Shown: positions 19,116 through 28,749 of the stretch, one piece after another
Numbering within the stretch: the first letter of the stretch is position 1
Layout of the letters: every line of letters starts with the position of its first letter
NCBI GenBank assembly: GCA_022562615.1
Contig: JADFOW010000002.1
Location: forward strand, 4,208 to 66,272
DNA from: Nitrososphaerota archaeon
Lineage (GTDB): Archaea; Thermoproteota; Nitrososphaeria; Nitrososphaerales; Nitrosopumilaceae
Direction of reading: 5' to 3'
Length of the DNA stretch: 62,065 bases
Program-made: the position numbers and the translations under genes
The notes under the pieces: model-generated
Told to the model about the DNA's origin: nothing
The model's database searches: none
Seen by the model: only the letters and a program-made list of their open reading frames with translations

Positions 19116-19781
19116 TCATATCATATTATCCATAATTTTTTTGAATGTGCTGTAGGGTTGTGCACCTTCAAATTGTTCTTGTTGATTATCAGGGCCAACA
19201 ATGATAAAGGTTGGAGTAGCTCGTGCACCATGTTTTTTTGCTACAGACACATTGTATTGTACTCTTTTAGTATATTTACCAGAATCAAGACAGCTCTCAA
19301 ATAAATCCATATCAAGACCTAAGCTAAAGGCAAATGCCTTTAATCTTTCAGAATTTGCCCAGCCATTATCAATTTTGGATTCTTGAGAATTGTACAGCAA
19401 ATCATGATATTCCCAATACATTCCTTGGTCTTCAGCACAATACGATGCTTGAGCTGCAGTTAGAGAATCACGGCCCAAGATAGCCAAGTCAACAAAAACA
19501 AGATTAGCTTTACCTGTAGCAATGTAATTTTCATAAATTGCAGGTTTTTCTTTATGAAACCAATTGTAACATGAACTGCATTGATAATCTCCAAATTCCA
19601 CAATGGTTATTGGAGCATCGGGATCTCCTAAAATTGGAGAGCCCATTGCAGTTGAAACATCTCCATGAGTTCTCCCCATATCCAAGTTTACAGTTTCGCT
19701 AGGGGCGGATGAATATGATAAAATTATACCAATAGCAATAATGGCTACTATGGCCCCAACAATAATGCCTTTGGTGTTCAT
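19116..19781 (-). CDS. DsbA-family thiol:disulfide oxidoreductase, membrane anchored
   Basis: N-terminal TM anchor. Thioredoxin-fold active site FGDYQCSSCYNWF and the downstream cis-Pro region ATPTFII. Confidence 0.8.
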   Translation of the reverse strand: MNTKGIIVGAIVAIIAIGIILSYSSAPSETVNLDMGRTHGDVSTAMGSPILGDPDAPITIVEFGDYQCSSCYNWFHKEKPAIYENYIATGKANLVFVDLAILGRDSLTAAQASYCAEDQGMYWEYHDLLYNSQESKIDNGWANSERLKAFAFSLGLDMDLFESCLDSGKYTKRVQYNVSVAKKHGARATPTFIIVGPDNQQEQFEGAQPYSTFKKIMDNMI

Positions 19782-19812
19782 ATAACAAATCGCGGAAATT
19801 TGGTTAAAAAAC

Positions 19813-20010
19813 TTATTCCAAATTGCTGTGAGATTTGCGTCTAAACAGGTTCACAAATTTTGCAATTGCCGTGTCGATTGGACATGCCTCACAGGTGACA
19901 TTTGAATAATGTGTATCAAAATGTCTTTCGAATTTTTCTCTAGATTCAAAAATAAGATCACACTTACTGCAATAAACTTTAGTAACGTTATACTTTTTTG
20001 ATTTTTCCAT
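19813..20010 (-). CDS. small C2H2 zinc-finger protein
   Basis: YCSKCDLIFESREKFERHFDTH matches C-x2-C-x3-F-x5-F-x2-H-x3-H exactly. Confidence 0.6.
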   Translation of the reverse strand: MEKSKKYNVTKVYCSKCDLIFESREKFERHFDTHYSNVTCEACPIDTAIAKFVNLFRRKSHSNLE

Positions 20011-20351
20011 AATTATTTCTTGTATTTAGTCCTTATAAAGATCCTGTTGAGATTCATTACTTGAAAAAAAATTTGGATAAACTCATTATAGGTTTTTTCG
20101 TTACTTCTTTTGAAATTTTATGGTTTTGTAGAACCAAGAATTATGTAAAACCAAAAACATGTGACTTTTAATTTATGATCTATGTGAAAATGAATCATAA
20201 CCAATAGAAATTAAAACATAACTTCTAAACTTTGCTTGCATTTAATTTTATCAAAGAATATCAAAAAGTTTTTCGAAATTTTGACTTTTCCATTCAATTA
20301 TATCTTCAAGAAATAAAAAGAAAGATAATTTTTATAATGATTTTGAAGAGA

Positions 20352-20720
20352 TTACAAATAATGAAGTTTCACATGGGCGTTGTGTTCTACTTCAAATCTT
20401 GTCATAAACCCACAATGAGTACAGGAAAACATCTGAGGTTGTGGAACAGGGTCACGTTCAATTTTCTTACCTGAAATAGATCTTATACTAACTGTGTCTT
20501 TGGTTGAAATTACGGCAAAATTTTTACCCTCTCCTATCGAATCCAAAAATTCTTTGATGGAATTTATTACCAAGTTTTTATCTAATATTTCATCGTCATC
20601 TATTGTAGATAAAATGAATTCATGGTTTTTTAGGGTAGGAATCGCGGCAACTTGGTCGGAGACATAGACTACAAGTTCACTTTTGATGGATTCGACATCC
20701 CTACAATCAATAGTAATCAT
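20352..20720 (-). CDS. hypothetical protein with C-terminal C2H2 zinc finger
   Basis: From the ATG at 20720 (122 aa). C-terminus FSCTHCGFMTRFEVEHNAHVKLH fits C-x2-C-x12-H-x3-H. The track start 20903 adds an implausible 61 aa that overlap the divergent gene. Confidence 0.55.
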   Translation of the reverse strand: MITIDCRDVESIKSELVVYVSDQVAAIPTLKNHEFILSTIDDDEILDKNLVINSIKEFLDSIGEGKNFAVISTKDTVSIRSISGKKIERDPVPQPQMFSCTHCGFMTRFEVEHNAHVKLHYL

Positions 20721-20806
20721 GAAATTTTTAACGTGTAATTCATATTTTAGTTTAACAAAAATTTGAAAATGATTATTATGTATTGAATTTATTTCATTTT
20801 TTGTAC

Positions 20807-21187
20807 ATGGAAAACTCTGAAACATTTGGAATTGAAAAAGGCCATGGGGAAGAAGTTGTCGCCTGGTTAAATGAACAATCCAAGAATACGAAATTTGAAG
20901 CACGATTATACGGATATTCTATTTCTACACAGAATTTTGGGGAATTTGAAATGTTTTCGTGGATAGGAAAAGTGCAAGTTGCTAGAAAATTAATAATAAA
21001 GGCAAGTAAGCGATTTAAAATTAAAGTTATTGAGGGAGGATACAAACCTAAGGAAAAACTTTTCCAAATGAAAAAACATGACTATGGCAAAGTTCACAAA
21101 GGAGATAAAACTATCGGGCAGTTAGAATTTGAAATATCAAGATTTGGAAACGGCCAATGGGAAATAAAAAATGAAGAAAGAAATTAA
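20807..21187 (+). CDS. hypothetical protein
   Basis: 126 aa from the ATG at 20807. No motif recognised. Confidence 0.45.
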   Translation: MENSETFGIEKGHGEEVVAWLNEQSKNTKFEARLYGYSISTQNFGEFEMFSWIGKVQVARKLIIKASKRFKIKVIEGGYKPKEKLFQMKKHDYGKVHKGDKTIGQLEFEISRFGNGQWEIKNEERN

Positions 21188-21222
21188 AGGTAACAATTAA
21201 AAAGTTCAAGGAGTAAAAGTAA

Positions 21223-22101
21223 ATGCAAAAAATAGGGCTTGTGGGAACTGGCATACTTGGAAATGCCGTTGGGCTACATTTGTTAGAATCGGGATATCAA
21301 TTAACAGCATACAATAGAACAACGGAGAAAACAAATGAGCTAAAAAAGAAAGGAGCTCAAATTGTGAGGACGCCAAAAGAAGTTGCCCAAAATTCGGAAG
21401 TAGTAATTACGGTAGTAAAAGATGCAAGTGCAGTAAAACAAGTTTCCTTTGAAAAAGATGGAATAATTCATGGTCGTCATAAAGATCTAGTTGTATGTGA
21501 TATGAGTACAATTAATCCTCTGGAATCAAAAAATATTTCAGAAAAATTTTTTGAGAATGATATTGTTATGTTAGATACGCCCGTAATGGGAGGTCCAAAT
21601 GTGGCAATAACTGGAGATTTGGTAATGATGGCCGCAGGTAACAAGAACACATTCAATAAATGCAAAGGGGTTTTTGATACCATTGCCAACAAAGTTTTCT
21701 TTTTGGGGGAAAATGGAACTGCACATGGGGTAAAACTGGCGATGAACCTCCAGATTACAATGTTGGCTCTTGCTTTATCTGAAGGAATTACATTATCAAG
21801 AGCTGTAAACGTAGATCCAAAGATTTTCCTTGAAATATTAAATTCAACTTATTTTAAAACTGGAATGAGTGAAAATAAAGGATACAAGATGATTCAAGAC
21901 AAATTTGATGCAACATTTACCCTCGAAAATCTGGAAAAAGACATCAATACCATTTTGGATACCTCAAAGTCATTAGAATTAGAACTCCCCATGACAAAAA
22001 AAGCCAAGGAAGTTTATGGAAATGCCGTAAAAGATGGATTTGGTAATTTGGACTATACAGGAATATTGGCATACCTAAAAAAACTAAATGAAAAGAGCTG
22101 A
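21223..22101 (+). CDS. NAD(P)-dependent 3-hydroxyisobutyrate/6-phosphogluconate dehydrogenase-family oxidoreductase
   Basis: N-terminal Rossmann IGLVGTGILGNAVG, DTPVMGGP and the C-terminal helical domain typical of beta-hydroxyacid dehydrogenases. Confidence 0.8.
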   Translation: MQKIGLVGTGILGNAVGLHLLESGYQLTAYNRTTEKTNELKKKGAQIVRTPKEVAQNSEVVITVVKDASAVKQVSFEKDGIIHGRHKDLVVCDMSTINPLESKNISEKFFENDIVMLDTPVMGGPNVAITGDLVMMAAGNKNTFNKCKGVFDTIANKVFFLGENGTAHGVKLAMNLQITMLALALSEGITLSRAVNVDPKIFLEILNSTYFKTGMSENKGYKMIQDKFDATFTLENLEKDINTILDTSKSLELELPMTKKAKEVYGNAVKDGFGNLDYTGILAYLKKLNEKS

Positions 22102-22170
22102 TCTCTTTATTGTATTCTTATGACTACGACATACCACAAATTCTATAAGCTACAACAATAAAATTGCCAT

Positions 22171-22932
22171 ATGAGATTAAAGGATAAGGTATCAATTGTA
22201 ACCGGAGCATCAAGCGATATCGGAAAAGAAATATCAAAACGTTTTGTTGAAGAGGGTTCCAAGGTTATTTTAATAGCGCGAGATCTCGAAAAATTAGAAA
22301 AAACAAGAAAAGAGATCGGAAAGGAAGAATTAACCGTTTCAATGTCATGTGATTTGACTGATGAATCTCAAGTATTTCAGACAATAACTCAGATTGTTGA
22401 TACATATGGAAAGATAGACATCCTTGTAAATAATGCAGGTGCAATAAATGACCCGGTTCATTTCCACGAGATGCAAGAATTGGATATCAAAAAATTAATT
22501 GACGTGAACCTTTTTGGAGTTTTTCACATGACAAAGGCAGTTCTAGCCAAAATGTCAGATGTCAAAAGTGGAGTAATAATTAACATTGGTTCTATATCTG
22601 GTGAAAGAGCAATTCCTAGAGTACATCTTGCAGCATATTCTTCTACCAAAGCAGCAATTTCTATGCTTACAAAAGCCATTGCAGTTGAATATGCAAGAAG
22701 AAATATCAGATGTAATAGTGTTAATCCAGGAATAATAAATTCAGGAATGATAAAACCATATCTTGATGACCCACAAGCAAGAAAGGTAATAGAAGAAAGA
22801 ATTCCTCTCGTAAGAATAGGGGAACCGATTGATGTTGCAAATGCAGTATTGTTCTTAGCTTCAGATGAGGCAGATTGGATTACAGGCACGATTCTTAATG
22901 TAGATGGTGGAAAGTCAGCTTCAGAAGGATAA
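22171..22932 (+). CDS. short-chain dehydrogenase/reductase (FabG-like)
   Basis: [10 protein letters not shown] cofactor motif, NNAG, and the catalytic S...YSSTK tetrad. Confidence 0.85.
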   Translation: MRLKDKVSIVTGASSDIGKEISKRFVEEGSKVILIARDLEKLEKTRKEIGKEELTVSMSCDLTDESQVFQTITQIVDTYGKIDILVNNAGAINDPVHFHEMQELDIKKLIDVNLFGVFHMTKAVLAKMSDVKSGVIINIGSISGERAIPRVHLAAYSSTKAAISMLTKAIAVEYARRNIRCNSVNPGIINSGMIKPYLDDPQARKVIEERIPLVRIGEPIDVANAVLFLASDEADWITGTILNVDGGKSASEG

Positions 22933-23502
22933 TCCCTTTTGAAGCAAAGATTTTGCTAATAACTGTGCAACACGTAATGGTTCTGGAAAAGAACCTTGTA
23001 AAGTCAATTCATTTAGTAGATATTTTACCTCATGTAACGTACAGCCCTCTTTTCTCACAAAAACGTCTGATGACGTATGTAATGTAATTTTTTCTCGGAT
23101 TCCAAGTTTTTGATAATTTTTAATTTTGGATTCATATGAATCTGGAAAATGATGTTTGATTGAATCTTCAATTCCCTCTGAATCGTGATAAGTCACTCCA
23201 ATTATTGGGATTTTTAATGACTCGTGAATTTTTTTAATGTCAATAATATTATACATAGAAATTATCAAACCAGAAATTAAGACATAACTGATATCAGGTC
23301 GTTTTAAATCCTCATACATTTGAAGAATGACTTCTGTAGCATCGTCAGCATCCAGAGTTGTGCTTCCAAAGACAAATCCATCAATTACAAAATCTCTTCT
23401 CATTACTATCCCGGACAAAATAGATTTTCTGGAATTTTGTCGAAAGCTTTCAGCTATTGCAAGTCCACGTAAACCTTTTTTTTCAAGATGTAGAGGTCTC
23501 AT
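22921..23502 (-). CDS. DUF99/UPF0215-family protein
   Basis: From the ATG at 23502: LRGLAIAESF...GIVMRRDFVIDGF...ISGLIISMYNIIDI resembles the archaeal UPF0215 family as I recall it. Confidence 0.6.
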   Translation of the reverse strand: MRPLHLEKKGLRGLAIAESFRQNSRKSILSGIVMRRDFVIDGFVFGSTTLDADDATEVILQMYEDLKRPDISYVLISGLIISMYNIIDIKKIHESLKIPIIGVTYHDSEGIEDSIKHHFPDSYESKIKNYQKLGIREKITLHTSSDVFVRKEGCTLHEVKYLLNELTLQGSFPEPLRVAQLLAKSLLQKGLSF

Positions 23503-23608
23503 TTTTGTTTCTCCTAAGATAAGCCTTATAGCTAAACCCAACAACCCCAATCATTATTACAGTAATTACAGACCACAAAGCAAATGAAATGACGTTGGAT
23601 TCCTCCAT
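23483..23608 (-). CDS. possible 41-aa single-TM ORF
   Basis: Hand translation gives MEESNVISFALWSVITVIMIGVVGFSYKAYLRRNKNETSTS. Overlaps the DUF99 start by 20 nt in another frame. Confidence 0.25.
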   Translation of the reverse strand: MEESNVISFALWSVITVIMIGVVGFSYKAYLRRNKNETSTS

Positions 23609-23734
23609 TAGAATAATGAAAATAAATTAAACATCTAAAGTTTCGGTTTCTGAAACTTCGTCTAATTACAAATAGTCCTATCAATGTACCAACAGGCAAA
23701 AGATTTAATCAATTTCTGAAACATCTAAATAGAT

Positions 23735-23962
23735 TTGATACCAATAGTTTTTGTGCCTGAAATAATATGTGAAGATTGTGGAAAGCGTCTATTCCACGAA
23801 AATGAAGACACTTTGAAGATAGAAGAGGCAATCCACAAAAAGTTCTGCAGAAAAAAGGAGGGAAAAACTCAAAGTTACATGCATCGAGATGCATCAGACA
23901 CGACCACATTTGATATAGAAAGACAATACGATCTTGGTGGTAATCCAATCCTAAAAAAATAG
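23735..23962 (+). CDS. small Cys/His-containing protein
   Basis: TTG start. CEDCGKRLFHENEDTLKIEEAIHKKFC suggests a Zn knuckle. The opposite-strand ORF 23709-23948 looks non-protein-like. Confidence 0.4.
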   Translation: MIPIVFVPEIICEDCGKRLFHENEDTLKIEEAIHKKFCRKKEGKTQSYMHRDASDTTTFDIERQYDLGGNPILKK

Positions 23963-24022
23963 AATTTTAGCACTACAAAAAATACCTCAAAATTATATTC
24001 TGGAGAAATAAAGAAAGAAGAG

Positions 24023-25240
24023 TTGAATAAAGAGTTTCATTATGATATTGTTGTCGTCGGGGCAGGACCTGCAGGATCTTCAGCAGCATATGAGGCCTCT
24101 AAAAACGGAGCCAAGGTTGCAATATTAGAAAAAGAAGAATCTGTGGCTGAAACTGTTAGGACCAGTGGGGTAACATGGATAAAAAATATTAAAGAATTCC
24201 AAATACCTGATGATTGCTATAATCCTATCAAAAATTATTCCTTTTGTTCTCCAAATAACGAGGTGACCATAAGTGACTCTACCCCCCAAGCTGCAGTTTT
24301 GGATGTAAGGAAAACATTTCGATGGTTGGCACAACAAGCAGAGAACCAAGGAGCAGACATTTTCGTAAAAACCAACGTTAAAGATGTTATAAAAAACCAA
24401 AATGGAGACATTATAGGAGTACGTGCCAATAATACTGAAGGTGACGTATCATTTTTTGGCAAGATAATAATTGATTCTAGTGGATTTGGATCAGTTGTCT
24501 GCAAATCAATGGGCTTTGTTACCCAATGGAAAAGATTTGGAGCTGGTGCAGAATACGAAGTAAAGGCAGAGAACGTAGATCCTGAAACATGGTGGTTGAT
24601 GGTAGGTCAAAAGTACTCTCCTGCCGGATATGCGTGGATTTTTCCGATAGGTAAAGACAAAGTTAGAATTGGCGTAGGCATTGGAAAGCCTGAATCATCA
24701 ATTGATCCCACAGAGCGATTAAAAGAATTGATGGAGTCAAAACCAGGGCCAATTGGCAGACTGGGCAAAATTACGCCAATTGAATTTCATTACGGCTTGA
24801 TTCCAAATGATGGTTTGTCGCGAAAGACTGTTTACAGTAATTTGATTCTAGTTGGAGATTCTGCAGGACAAGCAAATCCGCTGGTATTAGAAGGAATACG
24901 ATACGCCATAAAATTTGGCAGGGTGGCAGGAAGGGTAGCAGCTAAGGCTTTAAAATCAGGAAAGACTGATGAATCAGCCTTATTACCCTATGAAAAGAAT
25001 TGGCGAAAAGAAATAGAATCTAAAATAAAAGCCGCAAGAAAAGTGCAGGACAGATGGGTTGGTCTTTCAGATGAAGAATGGGATAAAGAACTAGATATCA
25101 TCAAAGAGTTAACAGCAGAAGAATTTTTAAATTTTATAAAGGCAGACTTTGGATTGTCAAATATGCTAAAACTTGCCACTCACCATCCAAAGTTGGCAGT
25201 AAGACAACTTTTTGGATTAGTAAAGGGAATAAGAAAATAA
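24023..25240 (+). CDS. geranylgeranyl reductase family flavoprotein (archaeal lipid saturation)
   Basis: FAD motif YDIVVVGAGPAGSSAA, LVGDSAGQANP, and the overall length and pattern of digeranylgeranylglycerophospholipid reductases. Confidence 0.85.
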   Translation: MNKEFHYDIVVVGAGPAGSSAAYEASKNGAKVAILEKEESVAETVRTSGVTWIKNIKEFQIPDDCYNPIKNYSFCSPNNEVTISDSTPQAAVLDVRKTFRWLAQQAENQGADIFVKTNVKDVIKNQNGDIIGVRANNTEGDVSFFGKIIIDSSGFGSVVCKSMGFVTQWKRFGAGAEYEVKAENVDPETWWLMVGQKYSPAGYAWIFPIGKDKVRIGVGIGKPESSIDPTERLKELMESKPGPIGRLGKITPIEFHYGLIPNDGLSRKTVYSNLILVGDSAGQANPLVLEGIRYAIKFGRVAGRVAAKALKSGKTDESALLPYEKNWRKEIESKIKAARKVQDRWVGLSDEEWDKELDIIKELTAEEFLNFIKADFGLSNMLKLATHHPKLAVRQLFGLVKGIRK

Positions 25241-25331
25241 GTTAACATCGATTAACTGTACGGCATCAAACTAATTTCACAAAACTTGAACCCGATTTCT
25301 TAAGAAAAATTTTGGAAAAATGACTCTAGTC

Positions 25332-25349
25332 AGTTTATCATCATAAACT
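25332..25349. terminator. perfect 7-bp hairpin between convergent genes
   Basis: agtttat-catc-ataaact lies between the stop of the reductase gene (25240) and the stop of the 1003-aa gene (25377). Confidence 0.35.
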
Positions 25350-25376
25350 TGAATAACCAAACTTACAAAGTGCTAA

Positions 25377-28300
25377 TTATCGTACATTAAAGAAATCATT
25401 TACAATTACATCATGATATTGCAATTGAGCAACATATACTCCTGGTTCAAAGGGAGTCTGTACCAGTATGTTGAACCTGCCTGAAGAGTCATCCTTTAGG
25501 GCAATTGACTCTACCAAATTTCCTTGCTGATCAAAGATATCCACAAACAAGTCTTCTCTGAATGCAAGTGATTTCTGGACAGCGCCAGATAGAACAAGAT
25601 TGCCATCATATTGCGCCTCTATGATTGCATAGTGAGAACGAATTGGAAGATATCTTTCGATTAATCTTTTCAACTCTTCTAATTTTTCACCGATATTTTC
25701 TTTATCTCTATTTGCGAAACCGAGTTTAATATCGCCAATAACTTTTGAAAATCTTGACCCGCTGTCATAATACTCACCCCCAAAATTCTCAATGAATGTT
25801 TGCAGTTCCTCAAATTCTCTTGCAAGTTCAACGATGTCATAATCAGATTCTGTAAAAACAGCCTCAAATTTATCTTCGACATTTATTATCTGAGTTGCTT
25901 TAAAATCTTCATATTGCAAAGTTACAAAATACAGCCCAGGATCAGCTGGTGCTATCCATTGTGTAAAGAAATCACCATGCTTAGTGGCAGAGAATTTTAA
26001 TTTGCTATGCGTACTTGCGTCCATATTGTAAATTGTAACAAAAATATTTTCTCGCCTGTCAAATTGGTCCTTGTCAACTGCGCCTCGAATAACCCATATT
26101 TCCCTTTCTAAATCATATGAAATATTATAGATAATTTTCTTGTTTGTTGCGACTAGATTTTCGCTGAGATATTGTCCAATTTCTAAAAGTTTTGTCTCGA
26201 CATCTACAAAATTACCAATTTCAACAAGTTCATACGCTTCGGAAGTCAGCTCATTATACTCTTCCGTAAACTGGGCAAAACCAGAAGTTGATGAGGAATC
26301 GCTAATTACGGCCGAAGAAAAAGGATTAAAATTAGAAACGGCAATTGAATAAGCATCTAGTTTTTTTCTATATTCAATACGCTTCAACTCATCTAGATTG
26401 TAGCCATCTGGAGAACCATAGGGATCCTCCTCATAAGCATAGGAAACTTGCCTCCATTCAGAAAACAAATCACGGACCATGTTATCTGCTGCATCAATAT
26501 CATTTCTTATTACAAGATCTCTTACATCGTCAATTTTTTCATTAAATGTTTCTGAAAATTCTATGAAACCTGGAAGGAACCTGTTTTTTATCATTTTTAA
26601 TTCAACTAGGTTTTCTAGAGACTTTGCTCTTTGAAGCACATTTCCTGCACGTGCCTTTATTGCGTCTTCATCTCTTTTATCAAGGTCTGACTTTATCTTT
26701 GGAGCAATCTCGCTGACCCAAACCAATAAGACTTCAATCCTGTCAATTCTTGTAATAGACGGTTTGCCAGATGCCATTTGTTCTGCTGTGTCAAGAATTT
26801 TTAGAGCACTGTCAATTAAGTAAAGATTGTTGTAGTCAGCTTGGAGTTCTGCTTGTTCCTTCATTATTTGGTACTCAAATTTTAGAAGGACCACAGGATT
26901 TCTCTTTTCTCGCAGTTCAGTCATTGAGCGGTCAAACTCTGTGACAATTTCTAGAATTTCATCAACTGAGGATGCATTTTTTACTCTCTCTAGTAACCTT
27001 TCCCAATCCTCAGAAAGGCCACGGTCAACTCCAATATCTTTTGAGATTTCTACGGACTTGCTAATCCGTGATGAGATATCAATGGTTTGCCTCATCTTGT
27101 AAATATCTGATTCAGATTCAATGATATCATCAACAGACGAGGCTCTTTGTAGTTTGGATTTCATTGAATTCCAGTCAGGCATTAAGATGTTGGCAAGATC
27201 AGAGTTTTCAGTTGAATTTGAGGAGATGAACCTATCTACCTTATCTAGGTCACGCAGGATTATCGCTCCCTGATGAAGTTTTGCCGTATTTTCTTTATTT
27301 TCAAGTACTTCATCAATAGTTAATTTAGTTTCAAAAGAAATTTTTTCGTTTTTCCAATCAGTTATTATTATTTTGTAAATGTCACTTTGTTTTCTTGATA
27401 TTATGTCTAGATATCTTGCCTTTGATAAAAGATCCACAAGCTCAGATAATTCTGTTGTGTAAAGTGGAGCAGTTCCCCTTGCAAAAATAAAACCAATTTC
27501 TTCCTTTACAGGCCTTGTCAAAATAGTATTAGATTTTTTCATCAGATTTAGCAAAGTTTCTTCAATCTCATCAAAAGTAAGAATCTTAACACGAGTTTTT
27601 TGCGGATTTGCATTCTGCACTTCTACAAATGCATCCGATAAAATATCTAATCCATTTTTCTTATCACCAATTTCATAATAGAAAATAGATGAAAAGATTT
27701 CACTATCAATGGATTTTGCTACTTCAAAAGAGATTTCATCAGCTTCCAACATTGAAGCAACAGAATTCAATGATGAGGAGATGGCAAGTCGTATTAGTGG
27801 ATTAATTTCAAAAATAAATGCCTCAGAGAAAAACTCGTTTGACAAATCAACATAGATTTTTTCTAATTCTTCTAGATCGTTATTTGAAACTGCAAGGTTC
27901 AATCGATTAAAGAAAGTTGTTCCCACACCAAATTCTTGATCAATCAAGTCAATTTTTTCAGAAACCAGGGTTTCAGCTGATTCTAATAATTCGTTGGGAG
28001 AGGGTTTAGTATATTGATTTGACGTGACTTGAAATTGTGTAGAGGTAGAATAATCACCATAAAATAACTTTATTTCATACTCTCCACTTAATCCACAAAT
28101 TCTTCCCTCCAAGGGAATTACCTCAGTAATGAAAACACCATTTGTAAGAGGAACAAGTTGTTGGATTTGACATAAATCACCTCGAGGATTAATAATTTGC
28201 ATTATTAGAAATGAATTTCCAGAGGAATTTGCAACCTTGCCATAAATAAAAAGAGGCTCTCCAATGTCATACTCACCAAAATTATCTAAAATGGTGATTC

Positions 28301-28388
28301 TGCTAGATGTTTGTGCGTTAGCATATACAGGCATTAACAAAATTACAATAAAACAAATTACTAATGCCCTCTTCCTCATAGAGATCAA
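25377..28388 (-). CDS. large secreted protein: Ig-like module, ~650-aa acidic helical repeat region, two Ig-like modules
   Basis: Signal peptide MRKRALVICFIVILLMPVYANA. Three beta-rich modules end GEYEIKLFYGDYSTSTQFQV, GLYFVTLQYEDFKATQIINV and GVYVAQLQYHDVIVNDFFNV. Internal helical repeats include ASSVDDIIE and ASSVDEILE. Confidence 0.8.
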   Translation of the reverse strand: MISMRKRALVICFIVILLMPVYANAQTSSRITILDNFGEYDIGEPLFIYGKVANSSGNSFLIMQIINPRGDLCQIQQLVPLTNGVFITEVIPLEGRICGLSGEYEIKLFYGDYSTSTQFQVTSNQYTKPSPNELLESAETLVSEKIDLIDQEFGVGTTFFNRLNLAVSNNDLEELEKIYVDLSNEFFSEAFIFEINPLIRLAISSSLNSVASMLEADEISFEVAKSIDSEIFSSIFYYEIGDKKNGLDILSDAFVEVQNANPQKTRVKILTFDEIEETLLNLMKKSNTILTRPVKEEIGFIFARGTAPLYTTELSELVDLLSKARYLDIISRKQSDIYKIIITDWKNEKISFETKLTIDEVLENKENTAKLHQGAIILRDLDKVDRFISSNSTENSDLANILMPDWNSMKSKLQRASSVDDIIESESDIYKMRQTIDISSRISKSVEISKDIGVDRGLSEDWERLLERVKNASSVDEILEIVTEFDRSMTELREKRNPVVLLKFEYQIMKEQAELQADYNNLYLIDSALKILDTAEQMASGKPSITRIDRIEVLLVWVSEIAPKIKSDLDKRDEDAIKARAGNVLQRAKSLENLVELKMIKNRFLPGFIEFSETFNEKIDDVRDLVIRNDIDAADNMVRDLFSEWRQVSYAYEEDPYGSPDGYNLDELKRIEYRKKLDAYSIAVSNFNPFSSAVISDSSSTSGFAQFTEEYNELTSEAYELVEIGNFVDVETKLLEIGQYLSENLVATNKKIIYNISYDLEREIWVIRGAVDKDQFDRRENIFVTIYNMDASTHSKLKFSATKHGDFFTQWIAPADPGLYFVTLQYEDFKATQIINVEDKFEAVFTESDYDIVELAREFEELQTFIENFGGEYYDSGSRFSKVIGDIKLGFANRDKENIGEKLEELKRLIERYLPIRSHYAIIEAQYDGNLVLSGAVQKSLAFREDLFVDIFDQQGNLVESIALKDDSSGRFNILVQTPFEPGVYVAQLQYHDVIVNDFFNVR

Positions 28389-28456
28389 AAGATGCCTTAA
28401 TCATACTTAAAATTTAAGAAGGTATGATACCCAAGATTTGTCTTATTTGTAAGGCA

Positions 28457-28666
28457 TTAGGCTATTGTTGTAACCTGAAAATTCTTAATGATATTTTTTG
28501 GAAAATACTCTGATCTTTTTAAAGTGAGAATACATTCACTATGAAACTGTTCCGCAGTCTTTGTACCACAGGACTTACAAATCATACTGATTAATTTTTT
28601 ACACTCTGCACATTGTGCAAAATCAATGAGAGATTCTCCACAGATTCTACAAGATTCGTCTGGCAA
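28457..28666 (-). CDS. small multi-Cys zinc-ribbon protein
   Basis: CRICGESLIDFAQCAECKKLISMICKSCGTK contains four CxxC-type pairs in 69 aa. Confidence 0.5.
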   Translation of the reverse strand: MPDESCRICGESLIDFAQCAECKKLISMICKSCGTKTAEQFHSECILTLKRSEYFPKNIIKNFQVTTIA

Positions 28667-28749
28667 TTTCTTTTCAATAACCCCATAAAAAATTTGGATA
28701 TAAGCAAGACGTAGAACTCGTTCATCCTCAAGATTAGCCGAAGATTATA

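Noticed and set aside
20232-20474. 80-aa plus-strand ORF
   Set aside because: It has a low-complexity composition and a TTG start. Its 3' part is antisense to the C2H2-finger end of ORF 20352-20720.
23709-23948. 79-aa minus-strand ORF
   Set aside because: It is Cys/Phe/Leu-rich with no pattern. The plus-strand ORF 23735-23962 has a more protein-like composition and a CxxC...H...C arrangement. Both calls remain weak.
25325-25355. AUGAUGA followed 4 nt later by CUGA on the minus strand
   Set aside because: The boxes are only 4 nt apart and form part of a perfect 7-bp hairpin between convergent genes. I interpret this as a terminator-like hairpin, not a guide RNA.
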